Source: Squalus acanthias
Lineage: Eukaryota
Assembly: GCA_030390025.1 (NCBI GenBank)
Contig: CM059431.1
Coordinates: forward strand, 145,578,001 to 145,642,000
Direction of reading: 5' to 3'
DNA length: 64,000 nucleotides
In this document: positions 36,201 to 49,169 of the stretch, in pieces
Layout: every line of letters starts with the position of its first letter
Numbering within the stretch: position 1 is the first letter of the stretch
Notes under the pieces: generated by a model
Databases searched by the model: none
What the model saw: only the letters and a program-made list of their open reading frames with translations
What the model was told of the DNA's origin: nothing
Program-made: the position numbers and the translations under genes

Positions 36201-37709
36201 GCCAGGTGTGTATTGGATTTCGCAGTGTATCGGGATTCTTCTAGGTATGTATGGGGTTTCAGTGTGTATCAGGATCCTGCCAGTTGATTATGGGGTTTCA
36301 CCGTTTATCAGGATCCTGCCAGGTATGTATGAGGTTTCACGGTGTTTTTGGATTCTGGCATGTCTGTTTGTGGTTTCAGTTTATCAGAATCACGCCAGGT
36401 GTCTATGGGGTTTCACATTGTATGATGATCCTGTAAGGTGTGTATTGTGTTTCACAGTGTAGCAGGATGCTACCAGGTGTGTATGAGGTTTCATAGTGTA
36501 TCGGAATTCTGCAAGGTGTGTATGGGGTTTCACAGTGTATCGGGATTCTTCGATGTGTGTATAGGATTTCACAGTGTATCAGGATCCTGCCAGGTGTGTA
36601 TTGGGTTTTACAGTTTAACAGGGTCCTGCCAGGTGTGCCTGGGGTTTCACGGTGTATCCGGCTCCTGCCAGGTGTGTGTGGGGTTTCACAGTGAATCAGG
36701 CTCCTGCCAGGTGTTGTTTGTGGGGTTCCAGGGTTTCAGGATCTTGTTAGTTATGTACAGTGTTACACAGTGTATCAGGATCTTGGCAGGGAAGTATCGG
36801 GTTTCACAGTGTGTCAGGATCCTGCCAGGTGTGTGTGGGGTTTCACAGCGAATCAGGCTCCTGCCAGCTGTTGAGTGTGGGGTTCCAGGTTTTCAGGATC
36901 TTGCCAGTTATGTACAGTGTTTCACAGTGTATCAGGATCTTGACATGGTAGTATGGGGTTTCACATTGTATCAGGATCCTGCCAGATCTTTCGGGGTTTC
37001 ACAGTGTATCAGAATCCTGCCAGATGTGTATGGGTTTCATGATGTATCGAAAGCCTGGCAGGAGTCAATCGGATTTCACAATGTCTCAGGATCCTGCCAG
37101 GTGTGTTTGTGGTTTCACAGTGTATCAGGATCCTAACAGGTGTGTAAGGGGTTTCTCAGGGAATCAGAATCCTGCCAGGTATTTATGGTTTTTCACAGTT
37201 TATCAGGAACCAGTCAGGTGTGTCTGGAGTTTCACAGTGTATTAGAATCATGACAAGTTTGTACAGGGATTTACAGTTTATCAGGATCCTGCCAGGTGTG
37301 TATGAGGTTTCATGATGTAGCCGGATTCTGTCAAGTGCGTTTTGTGTTTCACAGTGTATCAGGATTCTGCCAGGTGTGTATGAGGTTTCACAGTATATTA
37401 GGATCCTGCCAGGTGTGTATAGGGTGTCATTTTGTATCAGGAACCTGCCAAGTGTGTGTGGGGTTTCGCAGTTTATCAGTGTCCTACCAGGTATGTATGA
37501 GGTTTCACGGTGTATCTGGATTCTGCCATGGGTGTATCGGTTTCACAGTGTATCAGGATCCCGCCAGGTGTGTATGGGGTTTCAACGTGTATGAGGATCC
37601 TGCCAGGTGTGTATGGGGTTTCAAAGTTATCAGGATACTGCCTGGTGTGTCTGGGGTTTCACAGTGTATCAGTAGCCTGCCAGGTGACTCTGGGGTTTCA
37701 CAGTTTAAC

Positions 37710-37845
37710 CATGTACAAAGTTAGTTAGAAATAATTCTTCGTGAAGCATTAACCCAATAAGCTGACGAAGGAGCAGCGCTCCGAAAGCTTGTGATTTCAA
37801 ATAAAGCTGTTGGACTATAACCTGGTGTTGTGCGACTTCTCATAT
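37710..37845 (+). mobile_element. Penelope-like terminal fragment inside the satellite (copy 1)
   Basis: ctgacgaaggagcagcgctccgaaagcttgtgatttcaaataaagctgttggactataacctggtgttg, same family as 53761-53850. Confidence 0.75.
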
Positions 37846-38478
37846 TGGAATCCTTCCAAGTTTGTATGGGGTTTCAAAGCGTATCAGGATACTGCTTGGT
37901 GTGTATGGGATTTCACAGTGTATCAGGATCCTGCCAGGTGTTTATGAGGTTTCACAATTTATCCTGCTCCTGCCAGTGTTTATGAGGTTTCATAGTGTAT
38001 TAGGATCTTGCCAGGTGCGTATTGGGCTTCACATTGTAACGGGAACCTTCTTGGTGTGTATGGGGTTTCACAGTACATCGGGTTACTGCCAGGTGTCTGT
38101 GGGGTTTCACAGTATATTAGAATCCTGCCAGGTTTGTACGGGGTTTCACAGTATATCAGGATATTGCCTGATGTGTATGGTGTTTGACAGTGTATCATGA
38201 TCCTGCCAGGTGTGTTTGAAGTTTAACTGTGTATCAGGATCCTGCCAGGTGTGTATGGGATTTCACAGTGTATCGCGATTCTTCCAGTTGTCTCTGGGGT
38301 TTCTCAGTGTGTTAGAATCCTGCCAGGTGTGTATGAAGTTTCACAGTGTATCAGTATCCTGCCAGGTGTGTATGAGGTTTAACAGTGTATTACGACCCTG
38401 CCAGGTATGTATTGGGTTTCGCTGTGTATCTGGATTCTTCTCGGTTTGTATGGGGTTTCACTGTGTATCAGAATCCTG

Positions 38479-38626
38479 ATGCGGAGATGCCGGTGTTGGA
38501 CTGGGGTGGACAAAATTGAGAGGTCGCACAACACCAGGTTATAGTCCAACAGTTTTATTCCGAAAGCTTGTGATTTCAAATAAAACTGTTGGACTATAAC
38601 CTGGTGTTGTGCGACCTCTCAATTTT
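38479..38626. mobile_element. Short Penelope-like fold-back insertion
   Basis: Perfect 48-bp inverted arms (38512-38559 / 38579-38626), flanked by tatcagaatcctg on both sides. Confidence 0.85.
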
Positions 38627-38859
38627 ATCAGAATCCTGCCAGGTATGTATGAGGTTTCACGGTGTATCTGGATTCTGCCATGGGTGTATCGGTTTCACAG
38701 TGTATCAGGATCCCGCCAGGTGTGTATGGGGTATCAACGTGTATGAGGATCCTGCCAGGTGTGTATGGGGTTTCACAGTTATCAGGATACTGCCTGGTGT
38801 GTCTGGGGTTTCACAGTGTATCAGTAGCCTGCCAGGTGACTCTGGGCTTTCACAGTTTA

Positions 38860-38997
38860 ACCATGTACAAAGTTAGTTGGAAACAATTCTTCGTGAAGCA
38901 TTAACCCAATAACCTGACGAAGGAGCAGCGCTCCGAAAGCTTGTGATTTCAAATAAAGCTGTTGGACTATAACCTGGTGTTGTGCGACTTCTCATAT
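38860..38997 (+). mobile_element. Penelope-like terminal fragment inside the satellite (copy 2, made by segmental duplication)
   Basis: Near-identical to 37710-37845, including flanking satellite variants. Confidence 0.75.
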
Positions 38998-41900
38998 TGG
39001 AATCCTTCCAAGTTTGTATGGGGTTTCAAAGCGTATCAGGATACTGCTTGGTGTGTATGGGATTTCACAGTGTATCAGGATCCTGCCAGGTGTTTATGAG
39101 GTTTCACAGTTTATCCTGCTCCTGCCAGTGTTTATGAGGTTTCATAGTGTATTAGGATCTTGCCAGGTGCGTATTGGGCTTCACATTGTAACGGGAACCT
39201 TCTTGGTGTGTATGGGGTTTCACAGTACATCGGGTTACTGCCAGGTGTCTGTGGGGTTTCACAGTATATTAGAATCCTGCCAGGTTTGTACGGGGTTTCA
39301 CAGTATATCAGGATACTGCCTGATGTGTATGGGGTTTGACAGTGTATCATGATCCTGCCAGGTGTGTTTGATGTTTAACTGTGTATCAGGATCCTGCCAG
39401 GTGTGTATGGGATTTCACAGTGTATCGCGATTCTTCCAGTTGTCTCTGGGGTTTCTCAGTGTATTGGAATGCTGCCAGGCGGCTCTGGGGTTTCACAGTG
39501 TATTAGAATCCTGCCAGGTGTGTATGAAGTTTCACAGTGTATCAGTATCCTGCCAGGTGTGTATGAGGTTTAACAGTGTATTACGACCCTGCCAGGTATG
39601 TATTGGGTTTCGCAGTGTATCTGGATTATTCTAGGTTTGTATGGGGTATGACTGTGTATCAGAATCCTGCCAGGTGTGTATGGTGTTTTACCATTTTTCA
39701 GGATCCTGCCAGGTATGTATGAGGTTTCACAGTGTTTCTAGATTCTGCCAGGTGTGTATGGGGTTTTACAGTGTATCAGGATGCTACCTGGTGTGTATGG
39801 GGTTTCACATTGTATCATGATCCTGTCAGGGGTTTATGTGGTTTCATAGTGTATCAGGATCCCAGAAGGTGTGTATGGGGTTGCACAGTGTCTGCAGGTC
39901 CTGCCAGGTGTGTATGGGGTTTCACAGTGTATCAGGATCCTGCCAGGTGTTGTGTCTGGGATTTCGTAGTGTATCAGGATCCTGCCAGGTGTCTCTGAGC
40001 TTTTACAGTGTATTAGAATACTGCCAAGTTTGTATGTGGTTTCACATTGTATCAGGATACAGCCTGGTGTATATGGGGGTTCACAGTGTATCAGGTTTCT
40101 ACCAGATATGTATGAGATTTCATAGTGTATCGGGAGTCTGCCATGTGTGTATGGGATTTCACAGTGTATCGGGATTCTTCAATGTGTCTATGGTGTCTCA
40201 CAGTGTATCAAGATCCTGCCAGGTGTGTGTGGGGTTTCACAGTTTATCAGGACCCTGCCAGGTGTTGTGTGTGGAGTTCCAGAGTTTCAGGATCTTGCCA
40301 GTTCTGTACGGGGTTTCACAGTGTTTCAGGATCTTGACAGCTTAGCATCGGGTTTCACATTGTATCAGGAAACTGCCAGATCTTTCGGGGGTTTCCACAA
40401 TGTATCAAAATCCTGCCAGGTGTGTCTGGGGTTTCATGATGTATAGGAAGCCTGGCAGTATTCAATCGGATTTCACAATGTCTAAGGATCCTGCCAGGTG
40501 TATATGTGGTCCACAGTGTATCCGGATGCTGCCAGGTGTGTACGGGGTTTCACACTGTATCAGGATCCTACCAGGTGTGTACGGGGTTTCTCAGTGAATC
40601 AAGATCCTGCCATGTGTGTATGGGGTTTCACAGTGTATCAGGTTACTTCCAGGTGTGTCTGGATTTTCACAGCCTATCAGGATCCTGCCAGGTGTGTATG
40701 GGTTTTCACCATTTTTCAGGATCCTGCCAGGTATGTATGAGGTTTCACAGTGTTTCTAGATTCTGCCAGGTGTGTATGGGGTTTTACAGTGTATCAGGAT
40801 GCTACCTGGTGTGTATGGGGTTTCACATTGTATCATGATCCTGTCAGGGGTTTATGTGGTTTCACAGTGTATCAGGATCCCAGAAGGTGTGTATAGGGTT
40901 GCACAGTGTCCTGCCAGGTTCGTTTGGGTTTTTTGCAGTGTTTCAGGATCCTGCCAGTTTTATATGGGGTTTCTCATGGTATCAGGATCCTGCCAGTTGT
41001 TTATGGTTTTTCACAGTGTATCAGGATCCTGTCAGGTGTGTCTGGGGTTTCACAGTTCAACATGATCCTACCAGGTGTGGAAGGGGTATCGCAGTGTATC
41101 AGGGTCCTGCCAGTTGTCTATGGGGTTTCACAGTGTATCAGGATCCTGCAAGGTATTTATGGGGTTTCACAGTTTATCAGGATCCTGCCAGGTGTTTATG
41201 GTGTTTCACAGTATATCAGGATCCTGCCAGGTGTTTATGGGGTTTCACAGTGTATCAGGATCCTGTCAGGTGTGTCTGGGGTGTCACAGAGCATCAGAAT
41301 CCTGTCAGGTGGCTCTGGGGTTTCACAGTGTATTAGAATCATGACACGTTTGTACAGGGTTTCACTGTGTATCAGGATCCTGCCAGGTGTGTTTGCGGTT
41401 TAATAGAGTGTCAGGATCCTGCAAGGTGTATATGGGGTTTCACAGTGTATCAGGAACCTGCCAGGCGTGTATGGGATTTCAACGTGTATCATGATCTTGC
41501 CAGGTGTGTATGTGGTTTCAGTACATCAGGATCCTGCCAGGTGTGTGTGGGGTTTCACCATTTATCAGGATCCTACCAGTTGTTTATGGGGTTTCACAGT
41601 GTTTCGGATCCTGCCAGGTTTGTATGGGTTTTCACAGTTCAACATGATCCTGCCAGGTGTGTATGGGGTTTCGCAGTGTATCAGGGTCCTGCCAGTTATC
41701 TATGGGGTTTCACAGTGTATCAGTATCCTGCAAGGTCTTTATGGGGTTTCATAGTGTATCAGGATCCTGCCAGCTGTTTATGTGGTTTCACAGGGTATCA
41801 GGATCCTGCCAGGTGTTTATGGGGTTTCACAGTGTTTCAGGATCCTGCCAGGTGTTTATGGGGTTTCAAAGTGTATCAGGATCCTGCCAGGTGTTTATGG

Positions 41901-42370
41901 GGTTTCAAAGTGTATCAGGATCCTGCCAGGTATTTATGGGGTTTCACAGTGTATCAGGATCCTGCCAGGTGTTTATGGGGTTTCACAGTATATCAGGACC
42001 CTGCCAGGTGTTTATGGGGTTTCACAGTGTATCAGGATCCTGCCAGGTGTTTATGGAATTTCACAGTCTATCGGGATCCGGCGAGGTGTTTAAAAGACTT
42101 CACAAGTGATACAGATTAGCGGCTGGATTTCGTGAAATAATGCAACGTCCGCATTTTTACATGAAATGACAGAATCGTCTCAGTTTTAATTTGAAACTAT
42201 GCAGAATAGTTTTCGATTGAGGATCAGTCTAAGTGACGTTCAATCCTAATTTTCCAGGCTTTTAAATTCTGAATCCCAGATTCTGAAACCTCTAAGCAAA
42301 CGGCTACATTCAATCATTCTGATTCTCAGATGTGAAATAAATATTTTGAAATCTCCAGGTCATTCCTTAC

Positions 42371-42436
42371 CTTTCAGTTGACTGGGTACTTCAGATAAAC
42401 CTCCTGCGATGTTCATGTAATCAACAGTATCAGAAC
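42371..42436 (-). CDS. NLR gene, 66-bp linker exon
   Basis: aacag/gtaag, phase 1-1; GSDTVDYMNIAGGLSEVPSQLK joins in frame to DVQQKH of the NACHT exon. Confidence 0.8.
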
Positions 42437-42541
42437 CTGTTTAAATCAATGAGCTTTCATGAAATCAAATCTGTGTAATATTATAGTAAATCATGCTTTG
42501 TTTGATTGTGAATTTGAATTCAGTGTGTGATTTTACCGTAC

Positions 42542-42713
42542 CAGGTTCCTGTATTTCTTTCAGTATTTTATCCAGCTTTGGCACCCCATGGCGCATTTTC
42601 ACAAAGGATTCCCACATCACCCTTCGGGCCCGAGAGCCTTTCTCCATCACCAGATTTAGGAGAAGTTTGGAACTGTCCGCCCGGTTTCCCTTCTCCCCGA
42701 GCTCAGTGACCAT
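42542..42713 (-). CDS. NLR gene, N-terminal domain exon 2 (172 bp)
   Basis: ttacag/gtacg, phase 0-1; MVTELGEKGNRADSSKLLLNLVMEKGSRARRVMWESFVKM (CARD-like C-terminal helices). Confidence 0.85.
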
Positions 42714-43489
42714 CTGTAAAGAATAATAATGAATATATTGAGGAGCGGATTGAAAGATAAACACTGAGAATGAGAAGGAAACGATCTGCTCAGTGATGGG
42801 TTCACCAATGTGTTTTGAGCAGAGAAAGCAGTCACTGGACCGGGTACTGATCCATTCTGAACATGATCTGAATGTTCAATAAGCATCTTGATTCAGTCGT
42901 TATTGGCAAAGTAATTGAATTAATTATAGTTCTAGGAGAGCGAGGAATCACTGAAAATTTGCAGCAATTTTAATGTGATTAGTTTTCTCTGTCCTTCAGT
43001 GTCCAACATGACATCAGATTACTGATTAACGATAGGATAAACTTGTTTCTCACATTTTATTCCTGCTGTCACACTTTGTGATTTACTGAGAAATAAAGCA
43101 GCAGCGTGTCATAACTCCAGTTGCAGGGTAGGAACGAATCTGAAGCGAGAGAAGCAGCTCGAACACTGTCTGAAAAATTGCACCGACTCATCAAAACAAT
43201 CAATGTTGATGTATAGGGCCGGAGAATCGATCAATAAAAATAATGATGAAAAATCGGATCGCTTTCCCCCCCTGTAATTTAAATGTTTGACACCCATTAT
43301 TTTGCACTGCCATTATTATGAAACCTCGGTAACCGGGAACAAATATCCAACAATGTGATTGGTGTAGCCAGGACTTTCAACATCAAAACTTACATTTATA
43401 TAACGCCTTTTATGCAGGAAAGAAAACGTCGAAAGGCACTTCACAGAGGTGCAATCAGACAATGGACATAGAGTCGGCGAGGCCTCGAG

Positions 43490-45520
43490 AACGATAGTGT
43501 GTTGGTTACGCTACTGGACGATTAATCCAGAGATAACGGTTCAAATCCCATCGTGGACATTTCATGAATTTGAATTCAAATTCGAATTTGAAACATTTGG
43601 AAATAAAAAGCTGATATTAGTAAATATTGTTGTAAAAGCTAATGTCCTTTACGTCTAGTCTATACGTGACTCCAGTCCTGCACCAATGTGGTGGTTCCTG
43701 AAATGGCCTAGAAAGGCTCTCGAAAGAAGGATACAGAAGAATAAAACCGGGTGTACCGCTCGGCTTCGGCATTGGATTCGGACACCACGAAGGAACATCT
43801 GCGCAGTCAACACTGCAAAGACCTCCTCACTAACACCTGGGGACTGGTGCCAAAGTAGGGAGAAGTGGACCACACATTAGTCAAGCAACTCTGTGACGTA
43901 GTGATACTTATAAAATCGTATTTATTAGCCAACATCCCAGGCACCTCCATCAGCATTAAACGGTATTGCCTGTCCCTGTAGGAGGACAGACCCATCAGTG
44001 GTGGGGCACAATGATATACACTCAGATGCAAGTGCCCTGGGAATAATTAACATTGACTCCGGAGCCAGTGAAATCTCATGGCTTCAGGTCAACTTGGGCA
44101 AGGAAACCTCCTGCTGATTACCACCTACCAACCTCCCTGAGACGATGAAACAGTACTCCTCCATTTTGTACACAACTTGGAGGAAGCACTAAAGGTACCA
44201 AAAGGTGCAGAATGTACAGGAGGTGGGAGATGTAATGCTTATTTCCCAGCTAATTCCATATCAAAAAATAAATGAATGCAGTGGGCACAGCAAATGATAC
44301 AGGTCCCGACAACTTGCAGGCTGAAGTGTTGAATATCTGTGCTCTGGAACAAACTGCACATCTAGTCAAGTTTTTTCATTACATCCACAACACTGGTATC
44401 TAGCCTACAATGTAGCGATTTGCCCAGGTATATTCTGTCCAAAAAGAGCAGGACAAATCCAACCCACGCAATTACCGCTCTATCAGCCTGATCTCAATAA
44501 TCATCAAAGTGTTGGAAGGAGTCATCAACAGTGCTATCAAGCAGCACTTAATCACAAATAAGCTGCTCACCGAGGCTCAATTTGAGTTCAACCAGGACCA
44601 ATCGACTCCAAGCAAGGACAAAATAACGGAATTCCAGCTGTGAGGTGAGAGTGACTGTGCTTGACATCAAGGCAGTGTTCGACGTGTGTGGCACCAAGGA
44701 GTGTGGTTGTTGGAGGCGAATCGTCTCAGCACCAGGACATCACTGCAGGAGTTCCTCGGGGCACTGTCGTCGGAATAACCATTTCAGCTGCTTCGTCAAT
44801 TACGTTCCCTCCATCATAAAGCTAGGACAGGGGATGCGCTCTGATGATTGCACCGTGTTCAGCTGCATTTTCAATCCGTCAGATAAAGAAATTGTCCATG
44901 CTCGCATGCAGCAGGACCTAAACAAAATCTAGGCTTGGGTGAAAGGTGGCTAGTAACATTCGCGCCACACAAGTGCCAGTCAATGTCCATCTCCACCCAG
45001 AGTGTTCAACCATGTCCCTTTGTCATTTACTGACATTGCCATCGTCAAATCCTTACTATTGACTCGTCAGAAAAAAACTCGTGGCTACTAGAGCAGGTCA
45101 GAGGCTGCGTATTCTCTGCCGAGTTGCTCACCTCCTGGCCACCAAGAAGCCTCTCCTGCACCTACAAGGTACAACTGCGGTGTGTGATGGAAAACTCTTC
45201 GCTTGCCTGGTTAGGGACAGCTGCAACAACACTAAAGAAGTTCTACGCAATCCAGGACAAAGAAATACGCTTTATCGGCCGCCCACACACCACCTCAACC
45301 ATCCAATCCCTCCACCACCGGTGCACCATAGCTGCAGTGTGTACTATTTACAGAAAGAACTGCAGCAGTTCGCCAAGGCTTCTTTGATAGCACCTCCAAA
45401 ACCCGGGGCCTCTGCCACCTACAAGGACAAGATCAGCATGTGCATGGAAACACCACCACCTCAAAGTTCCAGTTCAAGTAACATACGATTCTGACTTGAA
45501 CATATATCGCCCATCCTTTT
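43490..45520 (+). mobile_element. Degraded LINE (CR1/L2-group family) with a SINE-like 5' head
   Basis: VLDIKAVFD, DDCTVF, ATRAGQRL, LHHRCTIAAVCTIY; same family as 53980-54995; B-box-like ggttcaaatccc near 43538. Confidence 0.7.
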
Positions 45521-45734
45521 TCGTCAGTGTGAAGTAGAGCCAAAACGCCCAGCGCCCTCTACAGAGGGAACAGGAGAAGCGACTGTGTGTTTCCTTAACC
45601 AATGAGCTTGAAGAATCCTTACGCAAAGTCTGAACCAGGAAGTCTTAGTTAGAATATAGAATGCAATGTCAAATCACGTGCAGAAAGTGAAATAAAGAGA
45701 GGGAAAGAAAGATTGGATTCAGATTGTATCTCAC

Positions 45735-46115
45735 TGAAACATACAATTTTTTTACAGGGTTTAACAGGGTAGATGCAGGGAGGATGTTTCCCCTAACTGG
45801 GGAATCTAGAACCAGGGATCACACTCTCAGAAAAAGGGGTTGGTTATTTAGGACTGAGATAAGGAGACATTTCTTCACTCAGAGGGTGGTGAATCTTTGA
45901 AATTCTCTACCCCGGAGGGCTATGGAGGCTCAGTCGTTGAGTATATTCAAGACAGAGATCGATAGATTTTTGAATCTTAAGGGAATCAAGGGATATAAGG
46001 ATAGTGCAGGAAAGGGGAGATGAGGTAAAAGATCAGCCATGATCTTATTGAATGGCGGAGCAGGCTCGAAGGGATAAATGGCCTACTCCAGCTATTATTT
46101 CTTATGTTATTATGT
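45735..46115 (+). mobile_element. CR1 3' fragment
   Basis: ttcttcactcagagggtggtgaatc..., gatcagccatgatc 3' UTR, ttatgttattatgtt tail. Confidence 0.85.
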
Positions 46116-46681
46116 TCAGAGGGAGTGAAAAATGAGACAGAAGGAAAATATGCAAACATTATTGATTCTTTGTTTGTACAGCTCCAACAATAATTAAAAT
46201 CCGAAGGACTAAGAGTCCACACTTGTAAAAGTTAATTTTCTGTGACAGAGAGGTTGTTTGGCATTAGTTCAGATTGATCACGCCGTTAAACAAATTATTA
46301 CACTGGAATAGGCAAGCCCTGACTTTTCCTGCCGAGTTCCGTATGTGTCTATCAGGTAAGTAAAGTAATGTTACGCTGTTCCATACATTTCAATGGCGAG
46401 TCTCTCGGTGAGATCCCATTCTCGCGCAGCTTTTGGAGCATGAGGGCAGCTCGGCAGCAACTTCCTGATTTTCGTGTTTAACTCCGCATGTGCGGTCGCT
46501 GGAAGTTGGTGTCGAATTTACACTTTAATAACAGTGAGCGCTGTTAGCCCCACCGTTATTTCTACCGCAAAATCTGGCCTATTGCAAAAATATGAAGCTA
46601 TCACTATTTCATCCAGCAGTAACTCACTCCGTGAACAAAATGGTGTAGAAACCAAAACATTAAATGGAGCGGACGGCAACT

Positions 46682-46925
46682 GACAGACTGAGTAATCTCA
46701 ATTTCCTCATGTTCCCCCCTGGGGAGTGACGTTCCACACCAAGAGCACAGGGTCAGGAAATTACAGACTGAGAAATCTCAATGTCCTCATGTTCCCCCCT
46801 GGGGAGTGACGTTCCACACTAAGAGCACAGGGGCAGGTAATTATAGGCTGAATTTTTGAGATCAATTTCATGGTATTCTCGTGGGCAGTGACGTTCCACT
46901 CCACGAGCACAGGGACTGGTAATTT
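46682..46925. repeat. About 80-bp tandem repeat, 3 copies, plus a distant related copy near 48200-48260
   Basis: cctcatgttcccccctggggagtgacgttccacac at about 46706 and 46785; agtgacgttccac at 46887; ggggagtgacgctccac at 48239. Confidence 0.7.
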
Positions 46926-47399
46926 ACCCAGTTGTGTACAGGTTTGGACACTCCATTTATACAATGTAAAAGCAATGGAAAAAATGGCGTGCAATTGCAC
47001 TCGGAAGTTACCAGGGATGTGGAGTTACTGTTAGAGACTGCGATTTGAGAACGTTGGGCTCATTCCACCAGAGGTGAGCAGATTAAGTGCGGAGTTGTTG
47101 CAAGTCTTCAGATTCTGAAGAGTTTGGATTAAATAAATAGTTACTGATAGTTTCCACTGATTGGCCTGAGGGCACATATTTAGGCTAATTCGAAGAAGTC
47201 GGGGTGAAGTTTTATACTTTTATTTACACACGAGGTGCTTAGAAAGCACAATTCAATCCCACAAACTATTGTGGAAGCAAGTCGACATTTCTTTCATAAA
47301 ATCCATTTCTATTGCTGCTTGGATAGAAAGGAATGCTGGAGTATGGGAAGTGAACAGAAGAGTGCACCTGGATTAATTGTGATACTAAACATAATGCGG

Positions 47400-48095
47400 T
47401 CAGCAGGAGGTTGGAATTAGACTAGGTTGGATATTAACGGTAATGGCTATTGAGCAGGAGACTGGCATTACTCTAGGTGGGATATTAACGGTAATGGCTA
47501 GTGAGCAGGATGTTGGGATTTGAAGAGGTGGGATATTAACGGTAATTGGTAGTGACCAGAAGATTGAGATTAGACTAAATGGGATATTAACGGTAATGCG
47601 TAGTGAGCAGAAGGTTGGGATTGGATTTGGTGAGATATTAAAGGTAATGGGTAGCGAGCATGAGATTGGGATTAGATTGGTAGGATCTTAAAGGTAATTG
47701 GTAGTGAGCAGGAGGTTGGGATTAGATTGTTGTGATATTAGCAGTAATGGGTGGTGAGCAGATCGTTTGAATTAGACTAGATGGGATAGTAACGGTAATG
47801 TGTAGTGAGCAGGAGGTTGGGATTAGACTAAGTGGAATATTAACGGTAATGGGTAGTGAGCAGGCGGTTGGAAGTAGACTAGGTGGGATATTAACGGTAA
47901 TGGGCAGTGAGCAGGAGGTTGGGATTAGACTAGGTGGCATATTAACAGTAATGGATAATGAGCAGACGGTTGGGATTAGACTAGGTGTGATATTAACGGT
48001 AATGGGTAGTGAGCAGGCGGTTGGAAGTAGACTAGGTGGGATATTAAAAGTAATGGGTAGTGAGCAGAATGTTGGGATGAGAGTAAATTGCCTAG
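47400..48095. repeat. 51-bp minisatellite, about 13 copies
   Basis: Unit gggattagactaggtgggatattaacggtaatgggtagtgagcaggaggtt. Confidence 0.93.
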
Positions 48096-48836
48096 ATTAT
48101 CAATTTGGAAAGTTGGTAGCAGGTCGACCGTCCATTATACGCCCTGCCCGATTATCATTCCCATTTAGTTCTATTCCATTAAAGGTAACTGACAGAACAT
48201 TACAGGCTGCTTCCTGTAATTTCCTGAAGTGTTCTCCCGGGGAGTGACGCTCCACGACAGGCTCTACCGCCCGTATTGTGTCTCTGCCGAAGTTGGAACT
48301 GACCCCCGGTGATGGAGGGGGAGGAAAAACCTGCACAGCGTCTGCGTTTCAATCCTCATTTTTGGGGGGTTAGTTTTCCTGCTCGGGTCTCACATTTTAA
48401 CCATTTTACCATTTTATTTTTGTTCTTGAAATCCCTCTCATTTACTCCACAGATGATTTTTCTCGGCTATCAGTTCCTTAATTTACGTTAAGTAGTTTCA
48501 GGCTCAGTAAACTCAAGACCTTCCCTTTAATCACTGTCTGTTGTCTCTGGTCTCTCCTTTTCCCATTCCCACTAAAACTGTTCCATTTGTTTTCATTCCA
48601 CACAAGAGTTATACCCGAACCGTTCCCCTGTCCTTTGTACAGATACTGTCAGATCCGCTGGGTATATTCACCTTTTCATATCATTGTTTCAGAATCACAA
48701 TATTGTCAGTTTTAGGTATTCCTTTCCTATTTGACCTGTTTCTGTTCTGTAAAATTCTGTGATTCTAAGATCTGATATCCTGTCAGTTCTGTGATATTTA
48801 AATAATCCAAATCCATTCTGTATCCCTCCCACTTAC

Positions 48837-49003
48837 CCGATGTTCCTGTCCACTGAAATGCCACTCGTATGTTAACAACGAGCTGACTCCGTCTACCCCT
48901 CCTTCAATCGCCGGTTCCAGTCTGTCCCGGTAGAATTTCGTGAACTGGAAAAGCTGGTAATCGTCGCACTTTGTCAAGAACTCAGTGATTGTAGAGTTTG
49001 TAT
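48837..49003 (-). CDS. NLR gene, N-terminal domain exon 1 (167 bp)
   Basis: ttcacag/gtaagt, phase 1-0; DTNSTITEFLTKCDDYQLFQFTKFYRDRLEPAIEGGVDGVSSLLTYEWHFSGQEHR. Confidence 0.85.
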
Positions 49004-49169
49004 CTGTGAACACAAATGAAGAAAACTGAACACATTATCGACTTTCTGTCCAGGCTGCTACATTTCATCGTATACCAAACGGCTGAAGCTTCCTCTGAGC
49101 CACATTATCAATCACCTTCTGATAACCCACATATACAGCGCATTTACAACCTGTACAGTCAAGTCTCAA

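Larger units (their letters stand above)
33350..42105. repeat. Intronic 39-bp satellite array (about 8.7 kb, roughly 200+ units)
   Basis: Consensus caggatcctgccaggtgtgtatggggtttcacagtgtat. Confidence 0.97.

Noticed and set aside
33309..42119. Many overlapping Cys-rich ORFs (YQDPARCVWGFTV, SGSCQVCMGFHSV, IRILPGVYGVSQC)
   Set aside because: The 39-bp unit is 13 codons and stop-free in all three plus frames. Stops and indels are scattered with no preferred frame, so this is a satellite artefact.
47798..48247. 149-aa ORF with 17-aa repeats
   Set aside because: Product of the 51-bp minisatellite, antisense within an intron.
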